NCBI GenBank assembly: GCA_964016885.1
Contig: OZ024742.1
Coordinates: forward strand, 335,358,001 to 335,422,000
Source of the DNA: Eledone cirrhosa
Taxonomy: Eukaryota
Length of the DNA: 64,000 bases
Reading direction: 5' to 3'
Position numbers and translations under genes: made by a program. Below the pieces are notes generated by a model that saw only the letters and a program-made list of their open reading frames with translations, had not been told where the DNA came from and did not search any database. Below, one piece after another: positions 42,233 through 57,012 of the stretch (position 1 is its first letter; the number at the start of each line of letters is the position of its first letter).

Positions 42233-43127
42233 CTAGCAGTGGTACCCGGCGTTGCACTGGATAAGGTATTTTGGAAGGCGGGTCGCCAACACACCAAATC
42301 GTGGAAAAACTGCATGCCTCGACAATATGTAAAGAAAATAAACTGAATACTCTGATAGCTGGATAATCTTTAAAATTTTACTCGATGAAGCAGGAAAGAT
42401 GCAGGTTTTCACCTGTGCATAATATGCCTTGAAATTTCGGGAAAATCGGCTAGACGTAACGCCTCAAAAAAAGCCCTAAAAAGCTGAAGAAAGGAAGTTT
42501 TTCACATAATGCGGGCCCTGGGCCATAAAAAAGTTGGATTTTCTTTGCTCACGGTATGGAGAAGAGACTGACTTATACATAGTTACATTTTCAAGGAAAT
42601 CTGTCTGACGTAACGCCTAAAAAAACCCTAAAAACCGGAAAAAACGGAGTTTTTCACCCAATGCGGGCCCTAAGGGATCAAAAAGTTGAATTTTTATGTG
42701 CATAACACTCCCTGAAACATAAGTAATACACATGTAAAGTTTGAAAAAAGTCGGTTGGGTATTTCTCGAGTTTTAGGGATTGAAACTCACAGACACATAC
42801 ACACACACACAGACAGACATCCTAAGAGAAGTGACGTAATGCAGACAGCCAGACATACAGACAGATATTATAAGGGCGCGACGTTATATGTATCTACCTA
42901 TCTAAAAAGAGAAAGACTAAGAATTATAGAGAGAGATCGCTAAATCGCCTAATACAGGTCCTTAGGGCATTGAAAATTTGAAAATTCTTTTGCTCAGAAC
43001 ACTCCCTGAAACATAAGTATTACATGTGTAAAGTTTGAAAAGAGTCCGTTGTGTGGTTCTCGAGTTTTAGGGATTCAAACTCACACACACACACACACAC
43101 AGACATCCTCAGTTTTATATATATAGA
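42233..43127 (-). mobile_element. Non-autonomous Helitron
   Basis: Minus strand begins TCTATATATATAAAACTGAGG and ends CCAGTGCAACGCCGGG...CTAG|T. It has internal ~180-bp repeats. Confidence 0.82.
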
Positions 43128-43615
43128 CTAGCAGAAAACCACCCGGTGGGAGGTTTTCTGCTAGCAAATCTAGTGTATATACTGATATTGTTGAGATTTG
43201 GATGAGAAATGTTTTCGGCACCACATGTTCACCGTCTTTCGGTGTGTCTTTTATGCATGTATAAATATATATGTTATCTATACGGTGAAATCTTTGAAAT
43301 AAATATATGTTAAAACGAAAAAGGAGAAAAAGAGATTAGTGACGGAAATATAAACGTTATGATACATAAACGTTATGATATAACGATGGAAATATATCTT
43401 CAAATGGTCCTTGGCATGGTGTCAAGTCAGAACCGCCTCGAACTGGTTACTTCTGGCTTGTGCAAGGTGTCTCTATAGCAACCAGCGATTCCCTCGGCCT
43501 CAGTGACAAAAGTCAGTGGAGAGGGGAAGGTAATGTTTCTATAGCGACAGTGTTTCTCTTGGTAGTACCAAAGTGGAGAAAGGAAGGGGAAGGTAATATT
43601 TCTGTAGCACCTACA
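43128..43615 (-). mobile_element. Helitron-like element 3' part ending in hairpin-CTAG, fused to the 5' TC of the preceding feature
   Basis: Reverse-complement homolog of ~52157-52904. 13-bp stem CTAGCAGAAAACC/GGTTTTCTGCTAG. Confidence 0.65.
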
Positions 43616-43632
43616 TTTGAGTTTTAGGGAAG

Positions 43633-43670
<38 letters not shown>

Positions 43671-43688
43671 GAAATGCCCATATATTTC

Positions 43689-43729
<41 letters not shown>

Positions 43730-44510
43730 CACACACAGAAATGTATATATATTTCTGTGTGTATATATATATATATATTACAAACACAGAAATGTATATA
43801 TATTTCTGTGTGTATATATATATATTTCTGTGTGTGTATATATGTATATATTACACACACAGAAATGTATATATATTTCTTAGAACAAAATTATTATTAA
43901 TGTTTTGCTGTTCATAACAATTGGAATTGAAAAATTACTTTTGAAATTGTTAGTTATTTTACTAATGCTTAGATATGTAAAAATGAAGCAATGTTTCTAA
44001 TAATTGTTTCTACTTTTGGCACAAGGCCAGCAATTACCCAGTACATTACTGGTACTTTATTTTATCGACTCCGTGAGGATGAAAGGCAAAGTTAACCTCG
44101 GCGGTATTTGAACTCAGACCGTAAAGGGACGTAACTCCATGCTATGAAGCATGGTGTCCGACTCTCTACAGATTCTGCCAATCCACCGCCCTAATGTCTG
44201 TACGTAATGAGGGAGTGAGAGGGGAGAGAAAGAAAGGCAGAGGTGAAGTGACGAAGTGACTCTCTCCTCCTCCTCCTCCTCCATCTCCCCATTCGTCACA
44301 GCGATAGAGGGGAGAAATGTTAGTGTGTTACAAAGAGAAAGAGTGAGAGTGAGAGAAACAGACAGACTAAAAGAGAGAGATAGCAACAGATACAGTACAG
44401 TAGCTAAGGGATGTATATATATTTCTGTGTGTATATATATATATACATTTCTGTGTGTGTAATATATATATATATACACACAGAAATATATATACATTTC
44501 TGTGTGTGTA

Positions 44511-44543
<33 letters not shown>

Positions 44544-44559
44544 AATATATATATATTTC

Positions 44560-44618
<59 letters not shown>

Positions 44619-44759
44619 CACACACAGAAATGTATATATATTTCTCTGTGTGTATATATATATATATATTACACACACCGAAATGTATATATATTTCTGT
44701 GAGTATATATATATATATTACACACACAGAAATGTATATATATATATACACACAGAAAT

Positions 44760-46010
44760 ATATATACACCATCATCATCATCATCTTCAACACCACCACT
44801 ACCACACACATTACTGTTAGAAATATCATACTACAACTATTACTGCTATATTATCTTCACCACCTCAACGACTATTACCAAATCACTATAATATCACTAA
44901 AAACACTATCACTAAGACTGCCACCAACCCGCTATAATACTATAACACCATCCCTTCCAATATCACTATTGAGGCTACCACGGACTCTCAATAACACTAT
45001 AGCATCATCAGTTATAGTACTACCACTGAGATCACCACCAACACTACTACCAACAACTACACACCCACCAACACCACCACCAACACCACAACCACTCTAC
45101 AACAATCACCATTAAGACCACCTCCAACAAATACCACCCCCACCCTGCAATAACACAGCTACCAACAACAACACCACCACCAACAACAACACCACCACCA
45201 ACACCACTACCACTCTACAACTATCACTCTTAACACACACCCCCTACCCCGCAATAACATTACTACCAACAACAACACTACCAACAACATTACCAACACC
45301 ACCTCCAACAACAACAACAACACCACCAAAAACAATACCACTAACAACACCATTAAGACCACCTCCAACAAACACCACTCACCCCGCAATAACACCGCTA
45401 ACAACAACACCACCACCAGCACCAACAATAGCCCCACCACCACCAACACCACCAACACCACCAACACCACCTTCACCATCACCACCACCAACAATACCAC
45501 CACCAATACCAACACCACAACACACTACCACCACCACCACCACCACAACCAACAACACCACCAACACCACAACACACTACCACCACCACCAACAACACCA
45601 CCACCAACACCACCAACACCACCACCAACACCAACACCACCACCAACACCACCAACACCAACACCAACACCAACACCACCAACACCACCACCAACACCAC
45701 CACCACCACCAACACCACCAACACCAACACCAACACCAACACCACCACCAACACCACCAACACCAACACACCAACAACACCACCAACACTACAACACCAC
45801 CAATACTAACACCACCACCAACACCACCACCAACACCAACACCACAACGCACTACCACCACCGCCACCACCAACACCATCAACACTTCCACCACCACCAC
45901 CACCACCACCACCATCAACACCTCCAACACCACCACCAACACCACCAACACCAACACTGACACCACCAACACCACCACCACCACCACCACCACCACCACC
46001 ACCACCACAC
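44760..46010. repeat. (ACC/AAC)n degenerate microsatellite field; ~30-bp CAGAAAT minisatellite at 43670-43880 and 44410-44770
   Basis: Direct inspection. Confidence 0.93.
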
Positions 46011-46224
46011 AATGCCACTATAAAAATCAAGATAAGCAGAAATTTCATGTCTAAAACGTAATTTCCATAATCTAAAAAATTGGTCGTCTCAGGAATTCAA
46101 TTGAGCAATTTCATCCTGAAGAGAAATATGGAAACATCTAGAAAAAATTCTACAACTTTTTTATATAAAATAAATTACACGTTGTTAAATGTTTTAGATA
46201 CTTTAGGGCTGTATATATATGTGT

Positions 46225-46345
<121 letters not shown>

Positions 46346-46949
46346 CGTGCGCGTGTGTGTGTGCGTGTGTGAATGTCTTTTACAAAACAGCTAACGAAAA
46401 AAATCCGCACTCTTAAAACACACATAGACATGACACACACACAAAACACATACACACACAGAGACGAGAGCGCAGACGCAAACGCATGCGCAAACACGAA
46501 ACAAGAAAAACGCACCACAAAATGAAATAACGACAAAATGAAATAGAAATGTAAGACCAGAAAAAGAAGAGGTACAAAAAATCGATAATAATTGAGGAGG
46601 TTACAGGAGTGACGAAAGAGCTTTGCCGGAAGATAAAGATTAAATGAAAGTTTTATGGTGCGTGTGTTCTATTGGCAAAATGACCATACCCAAATATAAT
46701 AATATCGGTTTCAACACATGGTTTCAAATCAAGATTCTTGCTGAAGAGATACATGAACCCAAAGGCACCATGGTGGCATTTAATCTTGGCAGCGCTCAGC
46801 TCTCTCCAGTTCTGAACATAGCCGATTTCTTCCACAGAGAGGGGGAGAATTAGAAAGTGATATAGGAGAAGAATCAACACCAGTATTAGTCTGGTACTTT
46901 ATTTATCTACATGGATGAAAGGTGAATTTTCCCTCAATGGGATTTGAAA

Positions 46950-48110
46950 CAAGACTTCCAGGCTCTGGTCTGCTTAAAGAAATAAGTGGTGTTTACTTCT
47001 TCTTTTGGATTGGCAAACCTGAAACTGAAAAACGAGAATTTGGAGAGGGCTTTGCCATCAGAACTGGCATTTCAAAAGCCTTGAATCATTGTCAACGGGC
47101 ATAAATGAGTGTCTTATGAATTTAGGATTTCCAATTGCACTCCTTGTGCAGCAAGTTTGGTCTCTATATAACAAACACCTTCTTTCAACAATAAATATAA
47201 AACCACCTAAAAGCACCCTAGATCAGTTAATGGGAATATGCTTGACTGTCATGGTGTGTAGCCATATAAAGGTGATGTCACACTAACTCGGGCTTTTCCC
47301 TCGACAGAGTATTAGTAAGACCATACTTTAGTGTGAAGTTGCGTGAAAATGAAGCTAAAACCAGTAGTTAGACATGACCGGAAACAATTCCGAAATAAAT
47401 TGAACATCGCTAAGCTCAAAACTGATACAAGAAACCTTTTGGTTAATGCTTTAGATGAAAATCGTCAAAACAAAACATCACGGAAAATATTGAGGAATCA
47501 TTGACTGAGTTGAGAGATAAAATGTATGAGTCTTCGAAGGGGGTTGTTGGCTTTTCTCAAAGGATGAGCCAAGCCTGGCTTAATAAAAATGAGGAAACTT
47601 CAAGAAATGTACAGGCTACATAAGAAATGAATAGCGAACATAAGTAATTCTCAAAAGAAAAAGACATTACAAAGTGGCAAAAAACACAATTCAAGCAAAG
47701 ATACGCAAAATGGAGCAAAGATTGTGGGATTAAAAAGCGAAAGCACTTCAGGAATCATTTAAGAGCATGACATGAAGTCTTTTTATCGAAATTTGACAGG
47801 AGTGTTTGGACCAGGCAGGGATGGAGGCTCTCCCATCCCATCAGTTGATGGCAATATCTTGACAGATCGGCAGGATATAATTCTTTCTACTTTTGGCACA
47901 AGGCCAGCAATTATCCCAGTGTATAACTGGTACTTTATTTTATCGACCTCGTAAGGATGAAAGGCAAAGTTATCCTCGGCGGGATTTGAACTCAGATCAT
48001 AAAGGGACGTAACTCTATGCTGCAAAGCATGGCGTCCGACCCTAGCGTTGGGCAGAGCACTTTAAAGAAGTGCTGAACCTTAAAGGTCGGAAAGTTCTTG
48101 GATAAAATGA
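46950..48110 (+). mobile_element. Degenerate RTE LINE (APE endonuclease and linker) interrupted by a SINE
   Basis: LPGSGLLKE.SGVYFFFW.GKPETEKREFG.GFAIR; then KSFY..L..VFGP...SPI.S.DG.ILTD, the SINE, and RWAEHFKEVLN. Confidence 0.8.
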
Positions 48111-48529
48111 AATTCTTAGATCTTTTCTTTCCAAGGTTAGACTGCGAGACTCGATTTGGGTGCCAACACTTTGTGCAGAGCGCTCCCCTTAAGCACTTTC
48201 ACCTCTGCCTTTTCTTTCAGCGTTATATATTAAATAACTCGGTATTTGTTCTGGATCTCTTGGTTCCGAGTTCAAATTCCGCCGAGGTAAACATTACATT
48301 TTATCCTCTCTGGATCGATGAAATACCAGCCAAGGAGTGGTGGATTGGCAGAATTGTTAAGATGTCAGACTTGTGGTACCTTAACTGGTTTTGTATGTTT
48401 TGAGTTCATATACTGCCTCCGTCTGAGACATAGCACCAACACAGGAAAGACCAATTGTAACATTGTTTCATTGGTTTGATCAGGCGATCCGTTAATATAA
48501 ATATGTGTTTGTGTATGCGTGTGTGTATG

Positions 48530-48652
<123 letters not shown>

Positions 48653-48671
48653 ATGGAATAGATTGAAACGA

Positions 48672-49236
48672 AATTTCATTTCTCACTCTTAGTACGGCAC
48701 TTACTTAAATGTAAGTATGTATGTATGTATACGTACATACACATATGTATACAGACGTACAGTAGTATATATATATATACATACATGCAGACATATATAT
48801 ATGCACGTATCGGTTTACCGAACATTTATGATAATGCTCGGTTTGTTTGTTTATAAACAAACAGCCCGAATTACGCCGTACACTGTTTAGGCGACTGAAC
48901 TCACTCGATATGTAAATTAGGCTGCTCAGCCGTTGATATGCATAAGGAAAGTATATACTTTCAGACGTTCAACCATCTGGCAGGAAGGTATACGATGCTG
49001 ACGATAGCTAATAAGCTTGAAACTAGTACATCGTTCCTGTGTCAGTGTTGAACAAAAAGGTGACGTGGTTGCCTAAACACTGTACGGCGTAATTCGGGCT
49101 CTTTGTTTGTTTACAAAGAAACAAACCGAGCATTATAATAAATGTTCGATAAACCGATGCGTGCATATATATATGTGTGCATGTATGTATATATATACAT
49201 ACTACTGTACGTCTGTATACATATATGCATGTACAT

Positions 49237-49265
<29 letters not shown>
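48672..49265. mobile_element. Diverged fold-back element with a central HHR
   Basis: ~48730-48893 is inverted at ~49070-49240; the spacer holds the HHR. Confidence 0.75.
48992..49034 (+). ncRNA. Minimal type I HHR
   Basis: ACGAUG-CUGACGA-UAGCU AAUA AGCUU-GAAAC UA GUA-CAUCGU; palindromic ACUAGU stem III. Confidence 0.82.
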
Positions 49266-49267
<2 letters not shown>

Positions 49268-50119
49268 CAGTTTTTTCCGTTGTGTTGTAATATAAATATT
49301 ACACACAGTAGATTATCAGCTCACGTAGAGTTTGCTCGACGGTTCCAGTTGTAGTTCCAAAAGTAATCCGGAGAAAAATAGAAAGATTTGAATGGATACA
49401 GTTTAGTTGAAAGGAATTTATTGACACGTGTTTCTATAACAGTTACATAACCTAAAACAGCTATCTACAAACTTTTAGTTATGCAGACATTCAATATTTC
49501 AATGTTATTGTTTACTGTCATTTCATCAGAATAATATTACTGAGGACCTATTTAGTTTTTATAGAGAATATTAGGAGGAAGGGGTGAAGTTGTTAGAAGA
49601 ATAGTTGAAGGAGTGGTTTTTCGATAGCAGTGAGAATTCTTGGTGGCAGTGATTAATTAGATTCCCATCTGTTGTTTTGACATTTTTTATAGAATATATT
49701 ATTGGTTATTTTTCTAAATCTATAGAAGGATTAGAGATAGTAAAGATATGCGTGGTTGGTTTTGTGTTTGCACTTAACATTCAGACTTAAATTTTTCTTT
49801 CAAGTGTACGTATTCTTTCACCCACGCATTCACACACAAATATATTTGCACACCTCTACAAAATACATATACTCACAATTCACATATTCAACATATATAT
49901 ACACATGCATACACATATATATACACACTTGTATTCATGTACATACATACGCGCTCATGTGTATACATTTTCATACTCAACTTATCTTTATATATACACA
50001 CGTATAGACACACACATATATACATACATACTCTAGTCCATGTGTACACACATACACATACATACACATCCATATACACATACATACATACACATATATA
50101 TATACATATATACATATAC

Positions 50120-50150
<31 letters not shown>

Positions 50151-50173
50151 CACATACATATATACACACATAT

Positions 50174-50216
<43 letters not shown>

Positions 50217-51815
50217 CACTTTAATACATGAATACACTTACATCTAACTATACACATCAAACATATATATATATTTACTTATTTATATACATTTTCACAT
50301 ATATATACATACTTATGGACGTTTTTAGACACATTCATTATCGCATATTTGTACCTATTCTCATCAGCATATCTTTTCATTATTAGTATGGTAATTTAAG
50401 GTTATTAATATATGTTGAAAAGAGATTGTTTTTATATTTTTCTAACTAGATTAAGGTTTATATAGTTGGGGGATGTCCCTCTTTTATGTAATATTCGGCT
50501 TGTAGTGGGAAAAAAGGGTTTTAGTTCTGTGACGGCAGAATAATGTTCGTTCAATTCTGTTATTCAGCAGTTTCTTCTTGTGTGTGATTATGTAATAAAT
50601 CTCAAGATTACACAATTTGCAGAAATTTTGGCTCCTGGAAAAGCTTTGGGTTTTAGCTAATTTTTCCCATTTTAGGGTAAACTTTTGATTGCTATCCCTG
50701 AGCGTCCAAGCTTTCTCTGCTAAAGTTGTTACATTTCTTTGGCTCTGGTGTTTTATTGAGTAAGAATGCCTATACAATCGAGATTTAAACGATGTTGCCG
50801 TTGATCCCACGTAATACCACTCGTTGCCTCCGGATTTAATGGTACACTTATAAATAATATTTTTTTCCAGGCAGTTATTGCCGAGGGGGCAGTTGTCAGG
50901 ATAGGTGAAGTTACAGTTGTGTACGTTGGGTTTTCTCTGGAGTAGTATTGCGGACGAACTTAGGTGTGGTTTATTTATGTTCTGTAGTGTATTGTCTACT
51001 GTTTTTTGGGGGTTCTTTGTACTTAAGTTCTTAGTGTTTTCGTTTAACCTTCTAGTATTGATCTTTTTTATGTGTTGTTCAAGGTTTAACGCTGTAGAGT
51101 ATGACAGTCTTATAGTGGTAGGGTTTAGGATTTTGTGGTATTTGTGTGATGTGGGAAAATGTCTTTTAATTATTTTAAAGAAGAGTACTGGTAAATTTGT
51201 ACTAATGGAGCTATTGTATTCGGGGTTATACCATAAGTACTCTTTGCATCGCTTTCTATTAGTTTTGTTTGTTGGTTTACTGGTGTGCATACTATGGTAG
51301 TAAGTGTGGTTTGGTGTTGTGTTATTATATCTACCTATGTGGGATTTATTTTGGGTGTTTTGATTGTTCCCATCTATGTACTCTATTTTGTTGAGGTAGC
51401 CTGCTTTACTAAGGGCGTTATCGTAGTACTCGGCGTGTTCCTTAAATACTTGTATGTTAGAAGATAGACCCGAGATTCTAAGGGAAATATTTTTAGGGAT
51501 AGATTTAATTATAGAGATGGGGTGGTTAGACCCAACATTTACGTATTTGAGATTTTCATTCAATTTATGAAACGGTTTAATCAAACCAGAGTTTAAATTG
51601 AGTGTGACATCCAGGAAGTTAACTACTTTAAGGTTGTATTCATATGTTATAGTTAGTCCTATTTCGAGTAGTAGACTCCAGGAAAAATTCAGCAATCTCC
51701 ACGGCGGAATATACCGCGACGATGTTCTCCTCCTAGCTAAAAACCTTAATAACCAAAAACTAGAAAAACTACGCAAAGATATAAGAAAACTACTACTCGA
51801 AATAGGACTAACTAT
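49268..51815 (-). mobile_element. Penelope-like element: RT C-terminus plus GIY-YIG in an open frame, 3' UTR with HHR, and a 5' inversion
   Basis: ORF ~51673-50484 has NFLDVTL, YVNVGSNHP, WYNPEY, CPLGNNC, IIYKC...YYVGST..FKSR..RH and CKLCNLE. Segment 51674-51815 carries GIYRDD on the opposite strand. Confidence 0.95.
49418..49534 (-). ncRNA. HHR with long stem II in the Penelope 3' UTR; core intact
   Basis: UUAUU-CUGAUGA-AAUGACAG...CUGUUAUA-GAAAC ACGU GUC-AAUAA. Confidence 0.8.
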
Positions 51816-52051
51816 CGAGTGAGTTCAGTCGCCTAAACAGTGTACGGCGTAATTCGGGCTGTTTGTTTACAAACAAACAAACCGAGCATTATCATAAATG
51901 TTCGGTAAACCGATACGTGCATATATATATGTCTGCATGTATGTATATATATATATACTACTGTACGTCTGTATACATATGTGTATGTACGTATACATAC
52001 ATACATACTTACATTTAAGTAAGTGCCGTACTAAGAGTGAGAAATGAAATT
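51813..52051. repeat. 239-bp near-identical inverted copy of 48672-48910
   Basis: Base-by-base comparison; one mismatch noticed. Confidence 0.92.
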
Positions 52052-52156
52052 GTGGAAACACGTGCGTAGAGAGAGAGTGAGGGTGAAAGAAAGAGACAGA
52101 CTACGAGAGGGGGATAGCGGGAGGGAAAGAGAGAGAGTGAATAGACGCTAAAACAC

Positions 52157-53110
52157 GTGCTACAGAAATATTACCTTCCCCTTCCTTTATAGAAACATTA
52201 CCTTCTCCTCTCCACTGACTTTGGTCACTGAGGCCGAGGGAATCGCTGGTTGCTATAGAGACACCTTGCGCAAGCCAGAAGTAACCAGTTCGAGGCGGTT
52301 CTGACTTGACACCATGCGAAGAAGGTTGCCATTGAATTTGTAGTTGGAAGAAGGTTACCATTGAATTTGTGGTTGTTGCTGCTGATAATAAGGACCATTT
52401 GAAGAAGGTTGCTGCTGATGAGGTAATTTATTAATCAGATTGCGCAGTTCCATAACCTACGTTTGATTTGTTCAATTTTTTTCTTCAATTTTTTTTGTTG
52501 TTTTTTTTTATTTCTTATTGAAAAAATATAAATAATAAAATAAGGTTTGAAATTTAAATACAATTAAAGACGATTTAATTTCCATTTCCAGCAGCCAATG
52601 TCCAGTGTTCAATTTCATGAAAAAATTGGAAATATTCAAAAAATTGAAGTTTAACTTTTGAACATTTGTTTTGACAATAAAAAAAATATTTCCTTATTCA
52701 CACCTAATGGTATGATTAAAATTTCATAGGAATAATTTTTTCTAACCGCCAGTTATTTATTTTCTCCTTTTTCGTTTTAACATATATTTATTTCAAAGAT
52801 TTCACCGTTACATGCATAAAAGACACACCTCCAAATCTCAACAATATCAGTATATACACTAGATTTGCCAGCAGAAAACCGCCCACCTGGTGGTTTTCTG
52901 CTAGTCAATATATATAAAACTGATGTTGTCTGTGTGTGTGTCCTCGTTTTTGCAAAGTCTATACAAATCAACATTTCTACTCCGATTGACTTCAAACTTG
53001 CATTTATATATTCCTTGCGGTCTAAAGATACTAATTGCAGCTTTTATTTTTCAATTTTCTGTTGTTAAAGGGGTGTTAGGCGCCGGTTATCGATCGCCGT
53101 CGAGCCCTTA
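52157..53110 (+). mobile_element. Composite Helitron-like remnant with an internal CTAG|TC junction at 52904/52905
   Basis: Homologous to the reverse complement of 43128-43615, followed by TCAATATATATAAAACTGATG. Confidence 0.65.
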
Positions 53111-53311
53111 TAATATCTGGCTGCCTGCATAACGACATTCTGACGAACACATCATAGCTGACGTATTATCTTCGCTACATTCACACGCACACACACACAC
53201 ATATATACATATATACTTATATATACATATATATATATATACATATACAAACATATACACATATATAGATATACACATATACACATAGAAATATACACAC
53301 AAAAATATATG

Positions 53312-53409
<98 letters not shown>

Positions 53410-53473
53410 CATACACACACATATATATATATATGCATACATACACACACACGTATATATATATATATATGTA

Positions 53474-53510
<37 letters not shown>

Positions 53511-53512
<2 letters not shown>

Positions 53513-54190
53513 CGTGGTTGCAAATGGATTACATATGAATAAATTTAGTCCTTCTTCAGTGATCTTCCAGCCTTCATTGGTATTTCATCGCTTTAAAGAC
53601 CATATACCTCTGGTTGGTGCGAGCAACGGCTAAAGAAAGTCGTTGCGACACGTAAATAGGGGGAACGAGCGAGACAGTAAACAAACAAAGATGGTAATGC
53701 AACGAAAAGTGAGGAAGAAGGAGTCAAGTCCCTGAAATCGATGAACATAAGTTCTGTGAAATCGTGGATGAGAGAGAATAAAAACCATCCAACCTGGTCG
53801 AAATGTGAGTGAAGAAAGAATTTCGCACAGGTCAAACGGGAGGAAGAAGGAGTCAAGTCCCTGAAATCGATGAACATAAGTTCTGTGAAATCGTAGACGA
53901 GAGAGAATAAAGACCATCCAACCTGGCCGAAATGTGAGTGAGGAAAGAATTTCGCACAGGTCAAACGGGCGGGAGTAGCAGAGAGTGAGTGAAAGTGTGA
54001 GGAAGAGGCTAACAGAGAGAGTGACTGGCAGAGAGGGTAAAAGGAAGTGAGAGATACAGAGAAAGGGGAAGCAGTAAGAAAGAAACAGACGGGTCACAGC
54101 GGAGGAAAATATATAAATATATGAAAAATATGAAAACATGGCATGCTGCGTGGTTGCAAATCGGTTACATATGAATAAATTTAGTCCTTC
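53511..54190. repeat. TA-flanked unit with ~45-bp terminal direct repeats and an internal ~128-bp tandem duplication
   Basis: TGCGTGGTTGCAAAT...TTTAGTCCTTC at 53511 and ~54147; duplicated blocks ~53712-53839 and 53840-53968. Confidence 0.8.
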
Positions 54191-54454
54191 ATCTATACAG
54201 ATACATTGTAGGTTGCTTTAACCCGTCTTTTATTATTCAAAAAACTTCTTGCCAATAAACATTAACCCTTTGTGCGCCATTCATCTAACTGTAGACCAAT
54301 AAATACCCAAAAACAAGAACGATGGCGAATGAATGTTTGAGATAAGCAGTTTCCCCCCGAGCTGTTAGTTCACGCGGGATTCTCTGCTTCATCTTTTCGT
54401 AATAATACCGAACAACGTACTGCTGGTCACTCCTTCCTCCAAAAGCCGTACAAA

Positions 54455-54521
<67 letters not shown>

Positions 54522-54524
<3 letters not shown>

Positions 54525-54720
54525 CGAAGGAAATGTGGTAAGGAACCAGGTGGACCATAACGCACCAAAGTACTCAATACTTAGGGTAGTAGAGTGGGTA
54601 ATAGGAACGAGTAGGACCCCGACGGCTGAGCTCAAGCCGTTTCGACGGCTAATTCTGGACATTCCAGAATTAGCCGTCGAAACGGCTTGAGCTCAGCCGT
54701 CGGATCCTACTCGTTCCTAT
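54522..54720 (-). mobile_element. Half-HHR fold-back element, copy B
   Basis: Same sequence and architecture as 37237-37440. Confidence 0.88.
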
Positions 54721-54742
54721 ATATATATATATATATTCTTAT

Positions 54743-54848
<106 letters not shown>

Positions 54849-54875
54849 TGGTTACACAACAGTTAGTTCACCATA

Positions 54876-54915
54876 CCGAGAACAATTGTTTCACCTTAGC
54901 GGATCTTCAGCTCGG
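54876..54915 (-). ncRNA. Minimal type I HHR
   Basis: CCGAG-CUGAAGA-UCC GCUAA GGU-GAAAC AAUU GUU-CUCGG. Confidence 0.75.
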
Positions 54916-56644
54916 AATGGGCATGGTTATAGGAACAGGAAGGAAAACCGTATGAACGCGCATGCGCAGAAACCCGGTCACTTCACACAGGCAATACTAG
55001 ACTGCGTGCTAGAGGTGTAAGGGAAATAACTGCGAAAGTCCGAAAAGTTTCTAGGTTGAAAAGAAAATTACAAAGAATCAGTCCGGAGCCTTGTAGTTAT
55101 GCAATAGATATTTGGTGACGTGTGGACAACGTGTGAAAAATTCATTTCTCGTGTTTAGGCAATCACTATTGCGTAATCTCTTTAGAATGGTTATTCGTTC
55201 GTCAATACATAAGCCACATGTCGGATTCCCCTTGCGTATGGCTTGGACTTAGTGATGGCTTTCCATTGAATGGAGTAGTCTATACTTGAGTCCTTGAGGG
55301 ACACATACACACACATACATACACATACATATATACACACACATACACATACGCATACACATACACATATATATATATACAGATATATATATATACACAC
55401 ACATAGACATATGTATACACATGTGTTATCTGTATGTGTGTGTGTGTGTATGTGAACACATGTGTATATATATGTCTATGTGTGTGTATATTTATATATA
55501 TCTGTATATATATATATGTGTGTATGTGTATGCGTATGTGTATGTGTGTGTATATATGTATGTGTATGTATGTGTGTGTATGTGTACGTCTACATATATG
55601 TATATGGGTAAATCTGACTGTATGTGTAGGTGAGCTCATATATGTGCATGTATGTGTATATGTGCGTGTATGTGTGTGTTGTCGGTACATGTGTGTGTAT
55701 ATATATATGTGTGTGTATATATATATGTGTGAGTAAACGTGTGTGCGAGTGTGTATATGTATATCTTGCATAGATGAGTGTGAGTCCATGTGCCCATACC
55801 CATGTGTATGTGTGTGTATGTATATATGTAAAACACCTACATCGCCTCTCACCTTCCCCCCATCTCTGTCGTTCGCCACCCCCACCGATACTGCCCCACT
55901 CTCCATATTCGTCTCCGCATGCGCGCATACACATGCATGTGTGTACATATACATATGGCTGTGTGTGAGCGTATGCCGATATGTGTGGGCAAGGATGTGC
56001 GTATGTGTTTTATGTTGTGTGTGTTTATACAACAATATATGTGCACATATATTCCTATATGTGTGTACGTATACGTATATACAAGGTATCTGTCAGACGA
56101 AGAGCGTCTAACTATGTATCTATGTAAGGACCTGAAGCCACCAATACATCCACCACACCACCACAAACGCCGCTACCATAGACAAAGGAACCACTACCAC
56201 ACCCCCACCCACACGCCAGCCCGTCTACTGAAATCCACTAACCTCATACCACAGCCCATCCCACTAAATAACCTTAACCACCACCATATCATCACATCCA
56301 CCCCCACATACTCTACACGCCAAGACCAACCCACCACCACCACACCACAGACCGTCACCAACATCTCACCATCACACCCACCCCCATATACACTACAGGC
56401 CAGTACATCGCCTTGATCCTTCCCACCAATCAAAACATCTCATTTTGTCAAACTCTTGAAACTCTGACTTTACCACATAGCATGTATTTCATTTTCTTAT
56501 AGCATTTTAAGAGGGTCCGTCGAGCTGCCGATTATTGAGTCGGGTAGGATCGATATAGATCGAACCTTGAGCTGATCAGTGGCGAAACGCGCGTCACCTA
56601 TCAATAAATGCAATGAAGGAATAATCAATCGTCCTTTTTATCCT

Positions 56645-56698
<54 letters not shown>

Positions 56699-56920
56699 GG
56701 GGGACAGAGAGAGAGAGGCGTAGAACGAATGTTTGCGGGGGAAGTGAAAATAGTAATATATCAACATTAGAAAGCACCCTAATGGGAAGCAACAACTCGT
56801 TAGTGTTACACACTTCATTAAGAACTTAGTGAAGAAACCTCTTAACCTTTCACTTTTTAATTATCTTCTTATCACTGAATAAACATACATATTCACAAAT
56901 CTATACGCATGTACGTGTAA

Positions 56921-57012
<92 letters not shown>

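Noticed and set aside
46644-46880. Non-repetitive short ORFs on both strands
   Set aside because: No recognisable domain or convincing splice sites; adjacent to decayed RTE/SINE sequence.
56560-56602. GAAACGCGCGTC, typical of PLE HHR 3' halves
   Set aside because: No intact CUGANGA-stem II arrangement or matching stem I upstream.
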